The notes under the pieces were generated by a model, which was not told where the DNA came from, searched no databases, and saw only the letters and a list, made by a program, of their open reading frames with translations. Of a stretch of DNA of 64,000 nt, positions 63,410-64,000 are shown piece by piece (position 1 is the first letter of the stretch; every line of letters starts with the position of its first letter). Source of the DNA: Octopus bimaculoides (Eukaryota); NCBI RefSeq assembly GCF_001194135.2, contig NC_068984.1, positions 126,082,085 through 126,146,084 on the forward strand, given 5' to 3'. Made by a program: the position numbers and the translations under genes.

Positions 63410-63832
63410 AGTTTCAAATTTTGTCACAAGGCCAGCAATTTCGTGGGAAGGGGGTAAATCGATTACATCGTCCCAGTGCTCAACTGGTACTTATTTTACT
63501 GATCCCGAAAGAATGAAAGGCAAAGTCGACGACTGCAGCAACTGAACTCAGAATGTCGGAAGAAATGCTGCTGAGCATATTATTCGGCACAGTAACGATT
63601 CTGCCAACTCACCGCCTCTCTTTCACTTCACAGTATTAAAAGAAAATATAAAGGCAGTGAGCTATCAGAATCGTTAACACGCCGGGCGAAATGCTTAGCG
63701 GTATTTCGTCTGTCTTTATGTTCTGAGTTCAAATTCCGCCGAGGTCGACCTTGCCTTTCATCCTTTCAGGATTGATAAATTAAGTACCAGTTGCGTACTG
63801 GGATCGATCTAATCGACTGGCCGGATCTTTTT
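63410..63832. mobile_element. Head-to-head inverted pair of SINE family A copies
   Basis: Minus copy at about 63410-63620 and plus copy at about 63650-63832. Confidence 0.8.
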
Positions 63833-64000
63833 TAAAACGGGGGCCACATTTTTCATTAACGAAACACTTTGAAACTTGGAACACTGGTAGAATGTGTCAT
63901 ATAAAACATCTTTTTCTCTTAGTCTTCTTAAAAAAAAAAGAAATCCCTAAGTTATTCCATGTTAAAGTTGTCGTATTTCTGTAATTTCAACCAATCACTG

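Overview
AT-rich, repeat-dense animal genomic DNA from a gapped short-read-type scaffold; many N gaps are flanked by microsatellites. The tRNA-derived SINE families and microsatellite load suggest an octopus (inference from remembered repeat families). The only confidently supported gene is an HDHD5/CECR5-like HAD-IIA hydrolase on the minus strand. It has three clear exons (4234-4428, 3119-3231, 531-621) and runs off the left edge. One of its introns (622-3118) has textbook U12-type signals. A TATA/CCAAT promoter with an Asn-rich coding first exon (19052-19163), plus a possible microexon (16601-16626), may be its 5' end. The rest is mostly mobile DNA: at least four SINE families, degenerate RTE, L1/Tx1 and restriction-like-endonuclease LINE pieces, hAT and pogo transposase relics, a DD36E (Incomer-type) Tc1 transposase pseudogene, and several MITEs with readable TIRs and target-site duplications. 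The best leads are a type I hammerhead ribozyme motif (45293-45359), two different small 9-bp-TSD elements that each carry TTAGGG repeats, the DD36E Tc1 element and the minor-spliceosome intron. No rRNA, intact tRNA gene or CRISPR array is supported. Nearly all long ORFs in the supplied track are artefacts of N runs or microsatellites. SINE and degenerate-element boundaries are approximate, and the SINE family labels A-E are my own.
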